A stretch of DNA of 34,775 bases, taken from assembly GCA_015522685.1 (NCBI GenBank), contig WALU01000048.1:1-34775 (forward strand), read 5' to 3'. The stretch's first letter is position 1; each line of letters starts with the position of its first letter. This document shows, in pieces, positions 26,291 to 34,775 of this stretch. The notes beneath the pieces are model-generated. The model saw nothing but the letters and a program-made list of their open reading frames with translations. It was not told the DNA's origin and made no database searches. A program made the position numbers and the translations under genes. This DNA comes from Thermoproteota archaeon. Its GTDB lineage: Archaea > Korarchaeota > Korarchaeia > Korarchaeales > Korarchaeaceae.

Positions 26291-26981
26291 GAGGCTTGCA
26301 GCTCCTGGATACTGGCCTATGGCCAAGAGAGAAAAGACTTGGGTTGCTAAGCCAAATCCTGGGCCTCATCCCTTGGACCAAGGCCTTCCACTACTCATGA
26401 TAATCAGGGATGTTTTAGAACTCGCAACAACAGCTAGAGAAGCTAAGAAGATATTATATATGAAGAAAGTAAGGGTGGACGGTAAGCCAAGGTATATTCC
26501 TAGATATCAAGTTGGATTGATGGATATCATATCAATACCTGATTTAGGAAAGCATTATAGAATGGTACCAGATCCCTATAGATTCCTTAAACCATTAGAG
26601 ATCCCTGAAAGCGAAGCTAATATAAAGGCAGTTAAAGTAATAGGCAAGAGAACTATAAAGAAAAGTAAAATCCAAGTCACTACGCACGACGCTAGGAACT
26701 TCATAATGGATCCTAATTCAGAACTGGCCAAATCTGTAAGGGTTGGCCATTCTCTCCTGATAAAAGTGCCTTCCCAGGAGATAAAAGCGGTTCTACCACT
26801 TGAAGTAGGCGCAGTTGGATTGATGGATAGAGGCAGGATGGCAGGACATGTAGGAATAATCAAAGAAATGGCTGAATTCATAGAGCTACAAGATCTAGAT
26901 GATCCGAATTTGAAATATAGAGGTATATCTAAGAACATACTGATAGTTGGCAAGGAGAAGCCGGCAATAAAGGTGAGATGA
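26259..26981 (+). CDS. rps4e: 30S ribosomal protein eS4
   Basis: LKRLAAP, PGPH, VDGK, VGLMDII. Start MGKIGG at 26259 (or 26253). Confidence 0.96.
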   Translation: MGKIGGSRRLKRLAAPGYWPMAKREKTWVAKPNPGPHPLDQGLPLLMIIRDVLELATTAREAKKILYMKKVRVDGKPRYIPRYQVGLMDIISIPDLGKHYRMVPDPYRFLKPLEIPESEANIKAVKVIGKRTIKKSKIQVTTHDARNFIMDPNSELAKSVRVGHSLLIKVPSQEIKAVLPLEVGAVGLMDRGRMAGHVGIIKEMAEFIELQDLDDPNLKYRGISKNILIVGKEKPAIKVR

Positions 26982-26985
26982 TCTC

Positions 26986-27546
26986 ATGATAAGCGAGTTA
27001 GCCGAGACGATAGAAAACAGGTGGGGAAGCAATCCAATGCTCATGCCTAGGGTGATGTCTGTTACTTTAAGTATAGCAGTAGGAAGAGGCGGTGAGGTTC
27101 TGCTTAGAGCTAGCAGAGTACTAGAGGAGCTTACTGGACAGAAACCGGTGCAAAGAAGAGCTAAGAGAACTATAAGAGAATTTGGTATAAGGAGGGGGGA
27201 GCCAATAGCTGTGACCGTAACTGTAAGAGGGAAAAAAGCTGTGAAGCTCCTTGATAGAGTAGCTAACGCTGTAGATCGAAGGATAAAAGCTAGTGCCTTT
27301 GATGAATTTGGGAACTTTGCTTTTGGTATAAAGGAGCATATAGAGATCCCAGGAGTTAGATACAAGGCAGATATAGGCATATTCGGGATGGATGTGATAG
27401 TGACAATGGGAAGAGCTGGCTATAGAGTTGCTAAGAGGAGAGTGAAGAGAGGTAGGATACCTAAGAGACATAGGCTCAATAAGGAGGAATCTAAGGTATT
27501 TGCGGAAAAGTACTTAAAGCTGAATCTCATATCTGATAGCGAGTAG
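26986..27546 (+). CDS. rpl5: 50S ribosomal protein uL5
   Basis: NPM..P, LTGQKP, FGIRRGEPI, GNFAFGIKEHI, GIFGMD. Confidence 0.97.
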   Translation: MISELAETIENRWGSNPMLMPRVMSVTLSIAVGRGGEVLLRASRVLEELTGQKPVQRRAKRTIREFGIRRGEPIAVTVTVRGKKAVKLLDRVANAVDRRIKASAFDEFGNFAFGIKEHIEIPGVRYKADIGIFGMDVIVTMGRAGYRVAKRRVKRGRIPKRHRLNKEESKVFAEKYLKLNLISDSE

Positions 27547-27555
27547 GTGAAGAAA

Positions 27556-27720
27556 ATGGCAAAGCCAAGGAGGAAGGTTAGAACAAAGGGGAAAGGTATC
27601 TACGTATGTAAAAGATGCGGAAGAACCGGAAAGGGGATAATTCGGAAGTATAACCTCTACCTTTGCAGACAGTGCTTTCTTGAGGTAGCTCCTCTGATGG
27701 GATGGAAAAAATATGAATGA
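27556..27720 (+). CDS. rps14: 30S ribosomal protein uS14 (Zn-binding); absent from the ORF track
   Basis: Manual translation [54 protein letters not shown]; GGTGA SD; expected position between uL5 and uS8. Confidence 0.97.
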   Translation: MAKPRRKVRTKGKGIYVCKRCGRTGKGIIRKYNLYLCRQCFLEVAPLMGWKKYE

Positions 27721-27729
27721 GATGATCTC

Positions 27730-28122
27730 ATGGCAAGACTAGATCTTTTAGCTGATGCTATGAGTACCCTAACTAATGCTTCTCGGGTCGGTAAGAGAGA
27801 AGCAGTAATTAACGCTGCTTCAAAGCTGGTAGGTAAGGTGCTTAAAATACTTGAGGAGGAAGGGTACATAAAGGAACTTGAATATATAGATGATGGTAGA
27901 GCAGGAAAGTACAGAGTTGAACTGAGTGGAAGGATAAACAGAGCGGGAGTTATAAAGCCTAGGTTCTCTGTCAAGAAAGATGAATTTCTGTACTGGGAGA
28001 AGATACACTTACCTGCAGAGAATGTTGGTGTACTAGTAGTTTCTACTAATTACGGTATTATGAGTCATAGAGAAGCCAAAAGAAGAGGACTGGGAGGAAT
28101 TCTCTTAGCTTATTGTTACTGA
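27730..28122 (+). CDS. rps8: 30S ribosomal protein uS8
   Basis: DLLADAM, DDGRAG, GVIKPRF, GIMSHREA, GGILLAY. Confidence 0.98.
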   Translation: MARLDLLADAMSTLTNASRVGKREAVINAASKLVGKVLKILEEEGYIKELEYIDDGRAGKYRVELSGRINRAGVIKPRFSVKKDEFLYWEKIHLPAENVGVLVVSTNYGIMSHREAKRRGLGGILLAYCY

Positions 28123-28155
28123 GCAAAGTGAAATGAATATGAATGGGTGATTGCA

Positions 28156-28707
28156 ATGGCTAAGTATCCTAAAGTTATAACTCAGGTTCAGGAAGCTGAA
28201 ATTCCCATATTGGAAGGGGTGGAAGTTGAAGTAGAGGGAACTAAGGTGAAGGTAAAGGGACCGAAGGGATCCTTGGAGAAAGAATTTCATAAAGATTTAG
28301 TTGAGATAGTGAAGGAAAAAGAAAAAATAAAAATAAGGGTTTATGGTAAAAGAAAATTTCATTATGCATATCTAGGCACGGTATCTTCACACATAAGGAA
28401 CCTAATGAAGGGCGTTACTGAGGGATTTTCCAAGGAGATGATCATAGTATATGCTCACTTTCCAATGAGAGTGGAAGTGAATGATAAAAATAAACTTGTC
28501 AAAATATCTAACTTCTTAGGCGAGAGGGCTCCCAGATATGCTAAAATAGTTGGAGAAACAAAAGTGAGAGTAGAAGGAGATAGGGTATATATAGAAGGAA
28601 TCTCAAAGGAGGATGTAGGTCAGACTACTGCCAATATAAAGCAGGCCACTAGGATAAAGGGTAAGGATCCAAGAGTATTTATGGACGGTATTTATGTGGT
28701 GAAGTAA
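28156..28707 (+). CDS. rpl6: 50S ribosomal protein uL6
   Basis: VKGPKG, YAHFP, NFLGER, DPRVFMDGIY. ATG 28156 follows GGTGA. Confidence 0.98.
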   Translation: MAKYPKVITQVQEAEIPILEGVEVEVEGTKVKVKGPKGSLEKEFHKDLVEIVKEKEKIKIRVYGKRKFHYAYLGTVSSHIRNLMKGVTEGFSKEMIIVYAHFPMRVEVNDKNKLVKISNFLGERAPRYAKIVGETKVRVEGDRVYIEGISKEDVGQTTANIKQATRIKGKDPRVFMDGIYVVK

Positions 28708-28708
28708 T

Positions 28709-29116
28709 ATGGTTAAATCTATTAATGATGCTAAGGAAAATAAGAAACTCTTAGAAAGATTAAAAAAGAAAAAACCAGTATTCATAAATTTGGCTAGGTA
28801 TTGGAGAAAAGGGGCCGTCAAGAGCTGGAGGAAGCCTCGCGGAATAGATAATAAGCAAAGGCTTAAGCTAAAAAGTAGGCCGAAAAATCCTGTAATAGGA
28901 TATAAGAATCCTGAGAAAATAAGGGGACTTCACCCATCAGGCAGGAGGCCTGTGATTGTGCATAATGTGAAAGAACTGAGGAAAATGGCTCAGGAGCAAA
29001 AAATTGCTCTTATATATATAGCAGGAGGCGTTGGGGCTCGAAAAAGGGAGAAAATTCAAGAAGAAGCTGAAAAACTTGGTTTAGTTATAGCCAACAGGAA
29101 GGTGAAGATAGAATGA
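28709..29116 (+). CDS. rpl32e: 50S ribosomal protein eL32
   Basis: WRKPRGIDNK, IRGLHPSG, VHNVKEL. Confidence 0.97.
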   Translation: MVKSINDAKENKKLLERLKKKKPVFINLARYWRKGAVKSWRKPRGIDNKQRLKLKSRPKNPVIGYKNPEKIRGLHPSGRRPVIVHNVKELRKMAQEQKIALIYIAGGVGARKREKIQEEAEKLGLVIANRKVKIE

Positions 29117-29538
29117 AGTTAGATTACCAGAAGAAACTTGCTGCTAAAGTATATGGTGTAGGACTAGATAGAGTTAAGCTCGATCCTGATAAAGTGGATA
29201 TAATATCAGAAGCGATAACCAGAAGCGATATAAAGAGGCTCATAAGATCTAGAGCAATTAAGATATTGCCAAAGAGAGGTACCAGCAGAGCTAGGTCAAG
29301 AGAAAAACCCAAGAGAAAGGGGCTTGGAAGGAGAAGGGGAGGAAAATATTCAAGACTTTCCAGAAAGAGCAGATGGATAACTAAGGTCAGGGCTCTCAGA
29401 AGGGAACTTAAGGATATGAAGGAGAAGGGAATAGTTGATATAAAGACGTATAGATATCTCTATAGGAGATTATCTAGATTCGAGAGCACAGCTCATCTAA
29501 GGTCTTATGTAATAAGAGAGGTGCAGAAAGGTGGCTAG
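29113..29538 (+). CDS. rpl19e: 50S ribosomal protein eL19
   Basis: QKKLAAKV.GVG, AITRSDI, GTSR, WITKVRALRR. Confidence 0.97.
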   Translation: MKLDYQKKLAAKVYGVGLDRVKLDPDKVDIISEAITRSDIKRLIRSRAIKILPKRGTSRARSREKPKRKGLGRRRGGKYSRLSRKSRWITKVRALRRELKDMKEKGIVDIKTYRYLYRRLSRFESTAHLRSYVIREVQKGG

Positions 29539-30136
29539 ATCAGGAAGGTATAAGGTAAAGTTCAGGAGAAGGAGAGAAGGTAAAACAAATTATAAGAAGA
29601 GGCTGGCTCTTCTTAAGAGTGGTAAGCTGAGAGTTGTTATCAGGAGAACAAATAGGTATATAATAGTTCAGTTCATGAAATTCAAGCCAGAAGGAGATGA
29701 AGTAGTAGCTCAAGCATACTCCAAGGAACTAAATAAGTTTGGATGGATCTACGGTAGCAAGAACCTACCGGCTGCTTATTTAACAGGATACTTAGCTGGA
29801 CTTAGAGCCAAAAGCAAGGGGATAAATGAGACTGTGCTTGATATAGGCAGATTCCCTTCTACAAAAGGTTCTAAAATTTATGCTGCTCTTAAAGGAGTAT
29901 TAGATGCTGGGATAGAGGTACCACATTCTCCTGACATTTTGCCCAGTGAGGAGCGAATAAAAGGGGAACATATAGCCTCCTGGGCTTCCTCTCTAAAGGT
30001 CGGAAATGAAGAGCTCTATAAAAAGCAGTTCTCTCTATATCTTAGCAAAGGAGCCAATCCAGAACTGATATCCGAATTCATGGAGAAAGTTTTCTCTCAG
30101 GTAGAGCAAGCCTTCAATATCAATAGAGAGAGTTAA
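29531..30136 (+). CDS. rpl18: 50S ribosomal protein uL18
   Basis: RRRREGKTNY, NLPAAYLTG, LDIG, KGVLDAG, RIKGEHI. Confidence 0.98.
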   Translation: MARSGRYKVKFRRRREGKTNYKKRLALLKSGKLRVVIRRTNRYIIVQFMKFKPEGDEVVAQAYSKELNKFGWIYGSKNLPAAYLTGYLAGLRAKSKGINETVLDIGRFPSTKGSKIYAALKGVLDAGIEVPHSPDILPSEERIKGEHIASWASSLKVGNEELYKKQFSLYLSKGANPELISEFMEKVFSQVEQAFNINRES

Positions 30137-30167
30137 ATAGGTTTATTGTTCATGGAGGTTGAGAGAA

Positions 30168-30812
30168 ATGTCAACAGGAGGTAGTTCTGGAACAGGACTT
30201 GAGAGATCTTGGACTCCAAAAACTAGAGTAGGCAGACTCGTAGCTGAAGGAAGGATAAAGAGCATAGATGAGATCCTTAGGAGAGGTATACCAATACAGG
30301 AACCTGAAATTGTGGATACTCTTATTCCTGGACTTAAAGAGGAGATAATAGGAGTGAGAAGAGTCCAAAGGCAAACTGATGCAGGAGAAATGACACAGCT
30401 AAGAATCGTAGCTGCAATTGGAGATGGCATGAGTTATGTAGGCGTGGGAAAAGGTAAGGGAAAGGAGTTCAGGATGTCTCTAGCAGATGCCATCAGAAAC
30501 GCTAAGATAAATGTAGTTAAGGTCAAGAAAGGATGTGGATCTTGGGAATGTAGATGTGGTAGGCCTCATTCTATACCAACAACCGTCTCAGGAGCTTCTG
30601 GTTCAGTTAGGGTTACTTTAATGCCTGCTCCAAGGAAGTTAGGTATAGTTGGTAATGAAACGGCTAAGGTAATCCTCAGCCTTGGAGGCCTCCAAGATGT
30701 TAGGGTATTCTCTAAGGGCCAAACTAAGAATAGGATGAATTACGCCTTTGCGATACACAATGCTCTCTGGAAACTTCTTCTAATGACTCTTCCTCAGGAT
30801 TGGAAATTATAA
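30168..30812 (+). CDS. rps5: 30S ribosomal protein uS5
   Basis: WTPKTRVGRLV, EPEIVD, GCGSWEC.CG.PHS, GSVRVTLMPAP. Start ATG 30168 or TTG 30159. Confidence 0.97.
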   Translation: MSTGGSSGTGLERSWTPKTRVGRLVAEGRIKSIDEILRRGIPIQEPEIVDTLIPGLKEEIIGVRRVQRQTDAGEMTQLRIVAAIGDGMSYVGVGKGKGKEFRMSLADAIRNAKINVVKVKKGCGSWECRCGRPHSIPTTVSGASGSVRVTLMPAPRKLGIVGNETAKVILSLGGLQDVRVFSKGQTKNRMNYAFAIHNALWKLLLMTLPQDWKL

Positions 30813-30821
30813 TCCAAAGCA

Positions 30822-30828
30822 TTTTTAT
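30822..30828 (+). promoter_or_regulatory. Internal TATA box upstream of rpl30
   Basis: TTTTTAT preceded by purine-rich AAAGCA; same motif as before mrp and alaS. Confidence 0.5.
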
Positions 30829-30852
30829 TCCTCTTAATCTGAACTAAAAAGA

Positions 30853-30898
30853 GGTGCGCATTCGTTAGGCGTGAGTACGCTCGATGCCGGATGCGCCC
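30853..30898 (+). ncRNA. Candidate structured RNA / ribosomal leader upstream of rpl30
   Basis: GCGCATTCG (30856-64) pairs with CGGATGCGC (30888-96); inner hairpin GCGT-GAGT-ACGC; GC-rich island in an AT-rich spacer. Confidence 0.45.
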
Positions 30899-30915
30899 AT
30901 TTAGAGGTGATGAGT

Positions 30916-31395
30916 TTGGAAGAGGCCCCTCTAATGGCTGTGGTTAGAATTAGAGGTAGAATTGATATAAAGCCTGACATCAGATATACGCTTGATATGC
31001 TTCATATTAAAAGGAAATTTTGGGCGACTATAGTACCTCTGACACCTTCTTACAAGGGGATGTTGTATAAAGTGAAGGATTACACTACCTATGGAGAAAT
31101 AGATAGAGAAACATTAGAAAAGATCCTGAGGAGTAGAGCTGAATTATCTGATGGAGGGAAGCTAACTGATGAGTGGCTTAGGAATAATGCAGAATTTGAT
31201 AGTATCAGTGAATTCGCTGACGCTATCATCTCTGGGAAGGTGGGTATTCATAAATTAAAGTGGATTAATCCTTGTTTCAGACTTACCCCTCCAAAAGGTG
31301 GTTTTAAGAAATCCACTAAAAGATCATGGAACAATGGCGGGGAATTGGGTTATAGAGGAATAGAGATAGATAAGCTTCTAAGGAGGATGATATAA
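30916..31395 (+). CDS. rpl30: 50S ribosomal protein uL30 (archaeal long form)
   Basis: AVVRIRG, TLDMLH, GML.KVKDY.TYGEI, FRLTPPKGG, GELGYRG. Start TTG 30916 (GGTGA+5) or ATG 30910. Confidence 0.96.
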   Translation: MEEAPLMAVVRIRGRIDIKPDIRYTLDMLHIKRKFWATIVPLTPSYKGMLYKVKDYTTYGEIDRETLEKILRSRAELSDGGKLTDEWLRNNAEFDSISEFADAIISGKVGIHKLKWINPCFRLTPPKGGFKKSTKRSWNNGGELGYRGIEIDKLLRRMI

Positions 31396-31850
31396 TGCGA
31401 ACCATACCTAGGAGAGAGAAAAAGAGTAGAAAGCTCAGAGGTCATAGGCTTCATGGTTATGGTCAGCAGAGGCAGCACAGGAGGAGTGGGAGGCAGGGAG
31501 GGTTTGGTAAAGCAGGAGTTAAGAAGCATCTATGGACTTGGATAACTGCCCATGAGCCTGATTACTTTGGAAGAGGTAGAAGAGGGTTTAAGAGACCTAG
31601 AGCTGTTATTAGAGAAAGAAAAACGATAAATGTAGGAGAACTGGAGAAAATGATCCCTTATTTAACGACTCTCGGCTGTGCTAAAGAGGAGAATGGTAAG
31701 ATAGAGGTGAACTTGGATGAAGCGGGGTATGATAAACTGCTAGGAAGAGGTAGCATAAAGATCCCCCTAATTGTGAGGGTAAGAGTTGCTAGTAAGAATG
31801 CTATCAGGAAACTTAAGGAAGTAGGTGGTTCTATAGCTATCACATCCTAG
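31395..31850 (+). CDS. rpl15: 50S ribosomal protein uL15
   Basis: RKLRG..HGYG, GG.GKAG..KH, INVGEL, GYDKLLGRG. Confidence 0.97.
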   Translation: MRTIPRREKKSRKLRGHRLHGYGQQRQHRRSGRQGGFGKAGVKKHLWTWITAHEPDYFGRGRRGFKRPRAVIRERKTINVGELEKMIPYLTTLGCAKEENGKIEVNLDEAGYDKLLGRGSIKIPLIVRVRVASKNAIRKLKEVGGSIAITS

Positions 31851-31865
31851 AGGAGGGGAATATTA

Positions 31866-33269
31866 ATGAGCTGGATCAGGGAGATAACCGCTAAAATCAA
31901 TAAAGTTATACCAGAAGTGGAGAAACCTAAGCAGACACCTTCTCTAAAAGAGAAGATGATATGGACCGGCATAGTTCTCCTTGTTTACTTCTTCCTAACT
32001 GAGGTTCCCCTCTATGGAGTTCCTAGGGGAGGACTGGATTTCCTGGCCCAGCTCAGGATAATATTTGCTGGCGCCCAGGGGAGCATTGTTGAGCTCGGGA
32101 TAGGGCCAATCGTAACAGCGGGTATAGTTTTGGAACTATTAGTAGGTAGTAAGATTGTTCAACTCGATCTAACTGATCCAGAGGACAGAAAGTTCTTCCA
32201 GGAAGCGGAGAGAGTAGCAGCAATATTTTTCATATTATTCGAAGTATCAGCTTATACTCTCGGTGGAAGGTTCGGAAACCTCACAACAAATCAGGCACTG
32301 TTAGCTATAACTCAACTCTCACTAGGTAGCTTCTTATTAATGATGCTTGATGATTTAACAAGTAAATGGGGGATAGGTAGTGGTATAAGCCTCTTCATAT
32401 TAGCTGGTGTGGCACAGAGGGTTATCTGGGGAACTTTATCTCCAGCAGTAGAGAAGCAATCTGGAAGGTATGTCGGCGTTATACCCGCTCTTCTCACCGA
32501 AGGGATAGGAGCTCTATATAGAGGAGCGCTTCCCGATCTTCTTGGACTTATAGCAACATTTGTCGTATTCATAGCAGTGGTATGGGCTTATGAAATTAAG
32601 GTAAATATACCCATAGCCCATGCTCTCTATGGCGGATATAGAACTAAGTATCCCATAAGGCTCCTTTACGTAAGCAATGTCCCTATTATATTCGCTGCTG
32701 CTCTCCTAGGAGACGTTAATATAATGGCCAAGATTATGTGGGTTAGATTTGGAGCTAATCCTCAGGGCTGGGTTAAGTACCTAGTAGATATCATGGGCAA
32801 GTTCGAAGCCGACCCCATAACGGGAAGTGTAGTACCTGTATCAGGGTTGGCTTACTATCTCACGACACCTAGGGGGCCAAGTGTTCTAGTTCAAGATCCA
32901 CTGAGGGCGCTAATATATCTAGCAACACTTGTCGGAGCGAGCGTCGTTTTCGCAAAGGTATGGGTAATGACTTCGGGTATGGATCCAAGGTCTGTAAGTG
33001 AGCAGCTTGTTGGTCAAGGGATAGTTGTTCCTGGCAGGAGATCTTCTGTTAGGATAATAGCTAGGACAATAGAGAGCTACATAGAGGCAGTTACATATCT
33101 TGGAGGCTTTATAGTTGGACTGCTAGCAGCACTAGCAGATTTCTCAGGAGCTTTAGGGACAGGAAGCGGGATATTACTCGCTGTTACTATAGTTGCTGGC
33201 TTCTATGAGACACTCATGCGTGAACGTGCGTTAGAGATGTATCCAAGACTTAAGAGATTTATAGGGTGA
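31866..33269 (+). CDS. secY: Preprotein translocase subunit SecY
   Basis: ELGIGPIVTAG, WGIGSGISLFI, YPIRLLYVSNVPII, GTGSGILL. Confidence 0.98.
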   Translation: MSWIREITAKINKVIPEVEKPKQTPSLKEKMIWTGIVLLVYFFLTEVPLYGVPRGGLDFLAQLRIIFAGAQGSIVELGIGPIVTAGIVLELLVGSKIVQLDLTDPEDRKFFQEAERVAAIFFILFEVSAYTLGGRFGNLTTNQALLAITQLSLGSFLLMMLDDLTSKWGIGSGISLFILAGVAQRVIWGTLSPAVEKQSGRYVGVIPALLTEGIGALYRGALPDLLGLIATFVVFIAVVWAYEIKVNIPIAHALYGGYRTKYPIRLLYVSNVPIIFAAALLGDVNIMAKIMWVRFGANPQGWVKYLVDIMGKFEADPITGSVVPVSGLAYYLTTPRGPSVLVQDPLRALIYLATLVGASVVFAKVWVMTSGMDPRSVSEQLVGQGIVVPGRRSSVRIIARTIESYIEAVTYLGGFIVGLLAALADFSGALGTGSGILLAVTIVAGFYETLMRERALEMYPRLKRFIG

Positions 33270-33273
33270 TGAA

Positions 33274-33780
33274 ATGCTAGGACTAGAATGGATACTCTTC
33301 CCTCCAGGCTCTATAATATTCCTCACAGTGCTGGCCTTCGCAATAAGCTTAGCGATAATAATTCTAAACAAGAGGACTATAGATTACTCTAGATTGAGAG
33401 AACTTCAAAAGATAGTGAATGAATATACAAAGCTTCAAAGAGAATTTCTGAAAGATCCAGAGAACAAAAAGCTGAAAAGAAAAATGGATAGAATAAAACC
33501 CCAGTTTGATGCAGCGAGATCAGAGATGACTAAGATGAACATGAAGCCAATGCTTTACACGACCATACCAATACTTCTCATTTTCTGGGCACTAGGCAGC
33601 TTTTACTCAGAGATACCCGTATTGATATTGCCCTTTCCAATACCTTTCATAATGGGCTACTTTCATGGTAATAGCGCTCTTTCAGATCAGACACTTGGAT
33701 ACTTGGGCTACTATATAATAGCATCATACTTCTTCTCCCTAATCCTTCAGAAAATGTCAGGAACTTCTCTAACAGAATAA
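33274..33780 (+). CDS. EMC3/TMCO1 (DUF106, Oxa1 superfamily) membrane protein
   Basis: TM, coiled coil, MKPMLYTTIP, TM pattern; conserved position after secY. Confidence 0.88.
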   Translation: MLGLEWILFPPGSIIFLTVLAFAISLAIIILNKRTIDYSRLRELQKIVNEYTKLQREFLKDPENKKLKRKMDRIKPQFDAARSEMTKMNMKPMLYTTIPILLIFWALGSFYSEIPVLILPFPIPFIMGYFHGNSALSDQTLGYLGYYIIASYFFSLILQKMSGTSLTE

Positions 33781-33915
33781 CATTTCTTCCATAATCACTC
33801 ATTATTAAAAATGATTTCCAATTAATCTACTATAACGGCGCTATCTTGAAATTACACTCGAGAGTAAACATTAAGAATACAGATCTTCCTGTTACTCCTA
33901 GTCGCGGAGGTGCAG

Positions 33916-34224
33916 TTGTTGGTAAGAGATATAAACAAAAGTGAGAGGAACCGTTCGCTTAAGAAGCCAAGAATGGCAATTAGAACTCCAGGTGGAAAGG
34001 TAACCTATCGCCATAGGCACAAAAGATATTCTGCTGCAAGGTGCTCTAGATGCGGAATGCCTCTCAACGCAACACCTACAGAATCAAGATGTATCATGAA
34101 TAAGATTACCTATAGCCAGAGGAGGCCTAATAGGCCCTATGGAGGTAATCTCTGCTCTAGATGCCTCCGCGAATTAATGATCTCTAAAGCTATAGAGGAG
34201 GGAATGGCCCTCCTAGCGTCCTAA
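33916..34224 (+). CDS. rpl34e: 50S ribosomal protein eL34
   Basis: RTPGGK, CSRCG.PL, RRPNRPYGGNLCSRC. TTG start (33916 or 33919) after GGAGGTG. Confidence 0.96.
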   Translation: MLVRDINKSERNRSLKKPRMAIRTPGGKVTYRHRHKRYSAARCSRCGMPLNATPTESRCIMNKITYSQRRPNRPYGGNLCSRCLRELMISKAIEEGMALLAS

Positions 34225-34259
34225 GGGACGCCTATCCCACTCGTGAGAGGGATGTAAAC

Positions 34260-34568
34260 ATGCCTGTGATAGAAGTAGGAAGAGTTTGTAGGAAGATAGC
34301 TGGTAGAGAAGCCGGTAGGGCGTGCGTCGTTGTTAAGGTAGTAAGTAGCAATTTCGTCGAGATTACGGGGCCTAAAGAACTTACAGGTGTAAGGAGGAGA
34401 AGGATAAATATAAAGCACTTAGTACCTCTTCCAATAAAGTTAGAGATATCTGAAGGAGCCAGCGATGATAAAGTCCTCAATTCCCTCAAAGAGACGGATC
34501 TATACCAAGATCTACTAAGAGAAAAGGAAAAGAGGGAGAAAAGAAGAGGTAAGCCTAAAAGAAAGTAA
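34260..34568 (+). CDS. rpl14e: 50S ribosomal protein eL14
   Basis: IEVGRVC.KIAGREAG, ITGPK.LTGVRRRRINIKHL. Confidence 0.97.
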   Translation: MPVIEVGRVCRKIAGREAGRACVVVKVVSSNFVEITGPKELTGVRRRRINIKHLVPLPIKLEISEGASDDKVLNSLKETDLYQDLLREKEKREKRRGKPKRK

Positions 34569-34606
34569 AATAAGGTAAAGTAAGGTAAGTTAGAGGCATT
34601 TAAGTA

Positions 34607-34775
34607 ATGAAACTATCTCAAGCAGATACATATGAGGAATTGATCATAAAAAGCTTAGCTGAACCAGGACTATACGGTTATAGGCCTTATGAGAGGCCTA
34701 CTTCTTTTTATCTCGATAACGGAATAATAAACATAGATAAACCTCGTGGACCCACGTCCCATATGGTCACTAAAC
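34607..34775 (+). CDS. cbf5: H/ACA RNA-guided pseudouridine synthase Cbf5 (TruB family), 3'-truncated; absent from the ORF track
   Basis: Manual translation [56 protein letters not shown]; conserved position after eL14. Confidence 0.92.
   Translation, partial: MKLSQADTYEELIIKSLAEPGLYGYRPYERPTSFYLDNGIINIDKPRGPTSHMVTK

Noticed and set aside
30865-30887. K-turn or H/ACA guide interpretation of the rpl30 leader
   Set aside because: The tandem G·A pairs do not fit the K-turn consensus (left strand reads AG, not GA) and there is no ACA box after the stem.
2150-34489. Numerous antisense or alternate-frame ORFs in the track (e.g. 14940-15530, 14945-15499, 26895-27380, 24105-24485)
   Set aside because: They are shadows of well-supported genes and show no protein motifs of their own.
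34562-34606. Short TAAGGTAA-like tandem repeats before cbf5
   Set aside because: Low-complexity and too short for a CRISPR array or a meaningful repeat.
1-34775. CRISPR arrays, rRNA genes, integrase/provirus, defence systems, Sec/Pyl recoding
   Set aside because: No repeat-spacer arrays, rRNA-like tracts, recombinase motifs or in-frame stops within conserved genes were seen by eye.

Overview
Archaeal chromosomal window of roughly 40-45% GC (estimated by eye). It is most consistent with Korarchaeota, based on the glyoxylate reductase and ribosomal protein sequences; this is recalled similarity, not a search result. Left to right it holds: (i) a cell-surface cluster (3' end of a highly expressed S-layer gene, an alpha/alpha-toroid plus Ig-like membrane-anchored protein, a small anchored protein, a DUF11/CARDB-type glycoprotein) interrupted by an Mrp/NBP35 ATPase and tRNA-Arg(TCT); (ii) a ~180-bp structured element resembling a degenerate non-autonomous IS200/IS605 derivative; (iii) rpl12, alaS, DUF434, mtnA, gyaR, a GTPBP1-like GTPase, an XPB-like helicase, feoAB, two regulators, an M20 peptidase, a bacterial-type adk, an MFS/DUF1634/TauE operon and an Fe-S protein; (iv) the spc-like ribosomal protein cluster from uL14 to secY, EMC3/TMCO1, eL34, eL14 and the start of cbf5. 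The ORF track misses uS14 (27556-27720) and cbf5 (34607-end). Most interesting signals: three conserved genes whose family-like N-termini have no in-frame ATG/GTG/TTG but lie just behind Shine-Dalgarno motifs (candidate ATA, CTG and GTA/TTT-or-frameshift starts); a GC-rich structured 5' leader with its own promoter before rpl30-rpl15-secY; the IS605-like mini-element; and the S-layer accessory cluster. No CRISPR, rRNA, transposase or integrase was seen.
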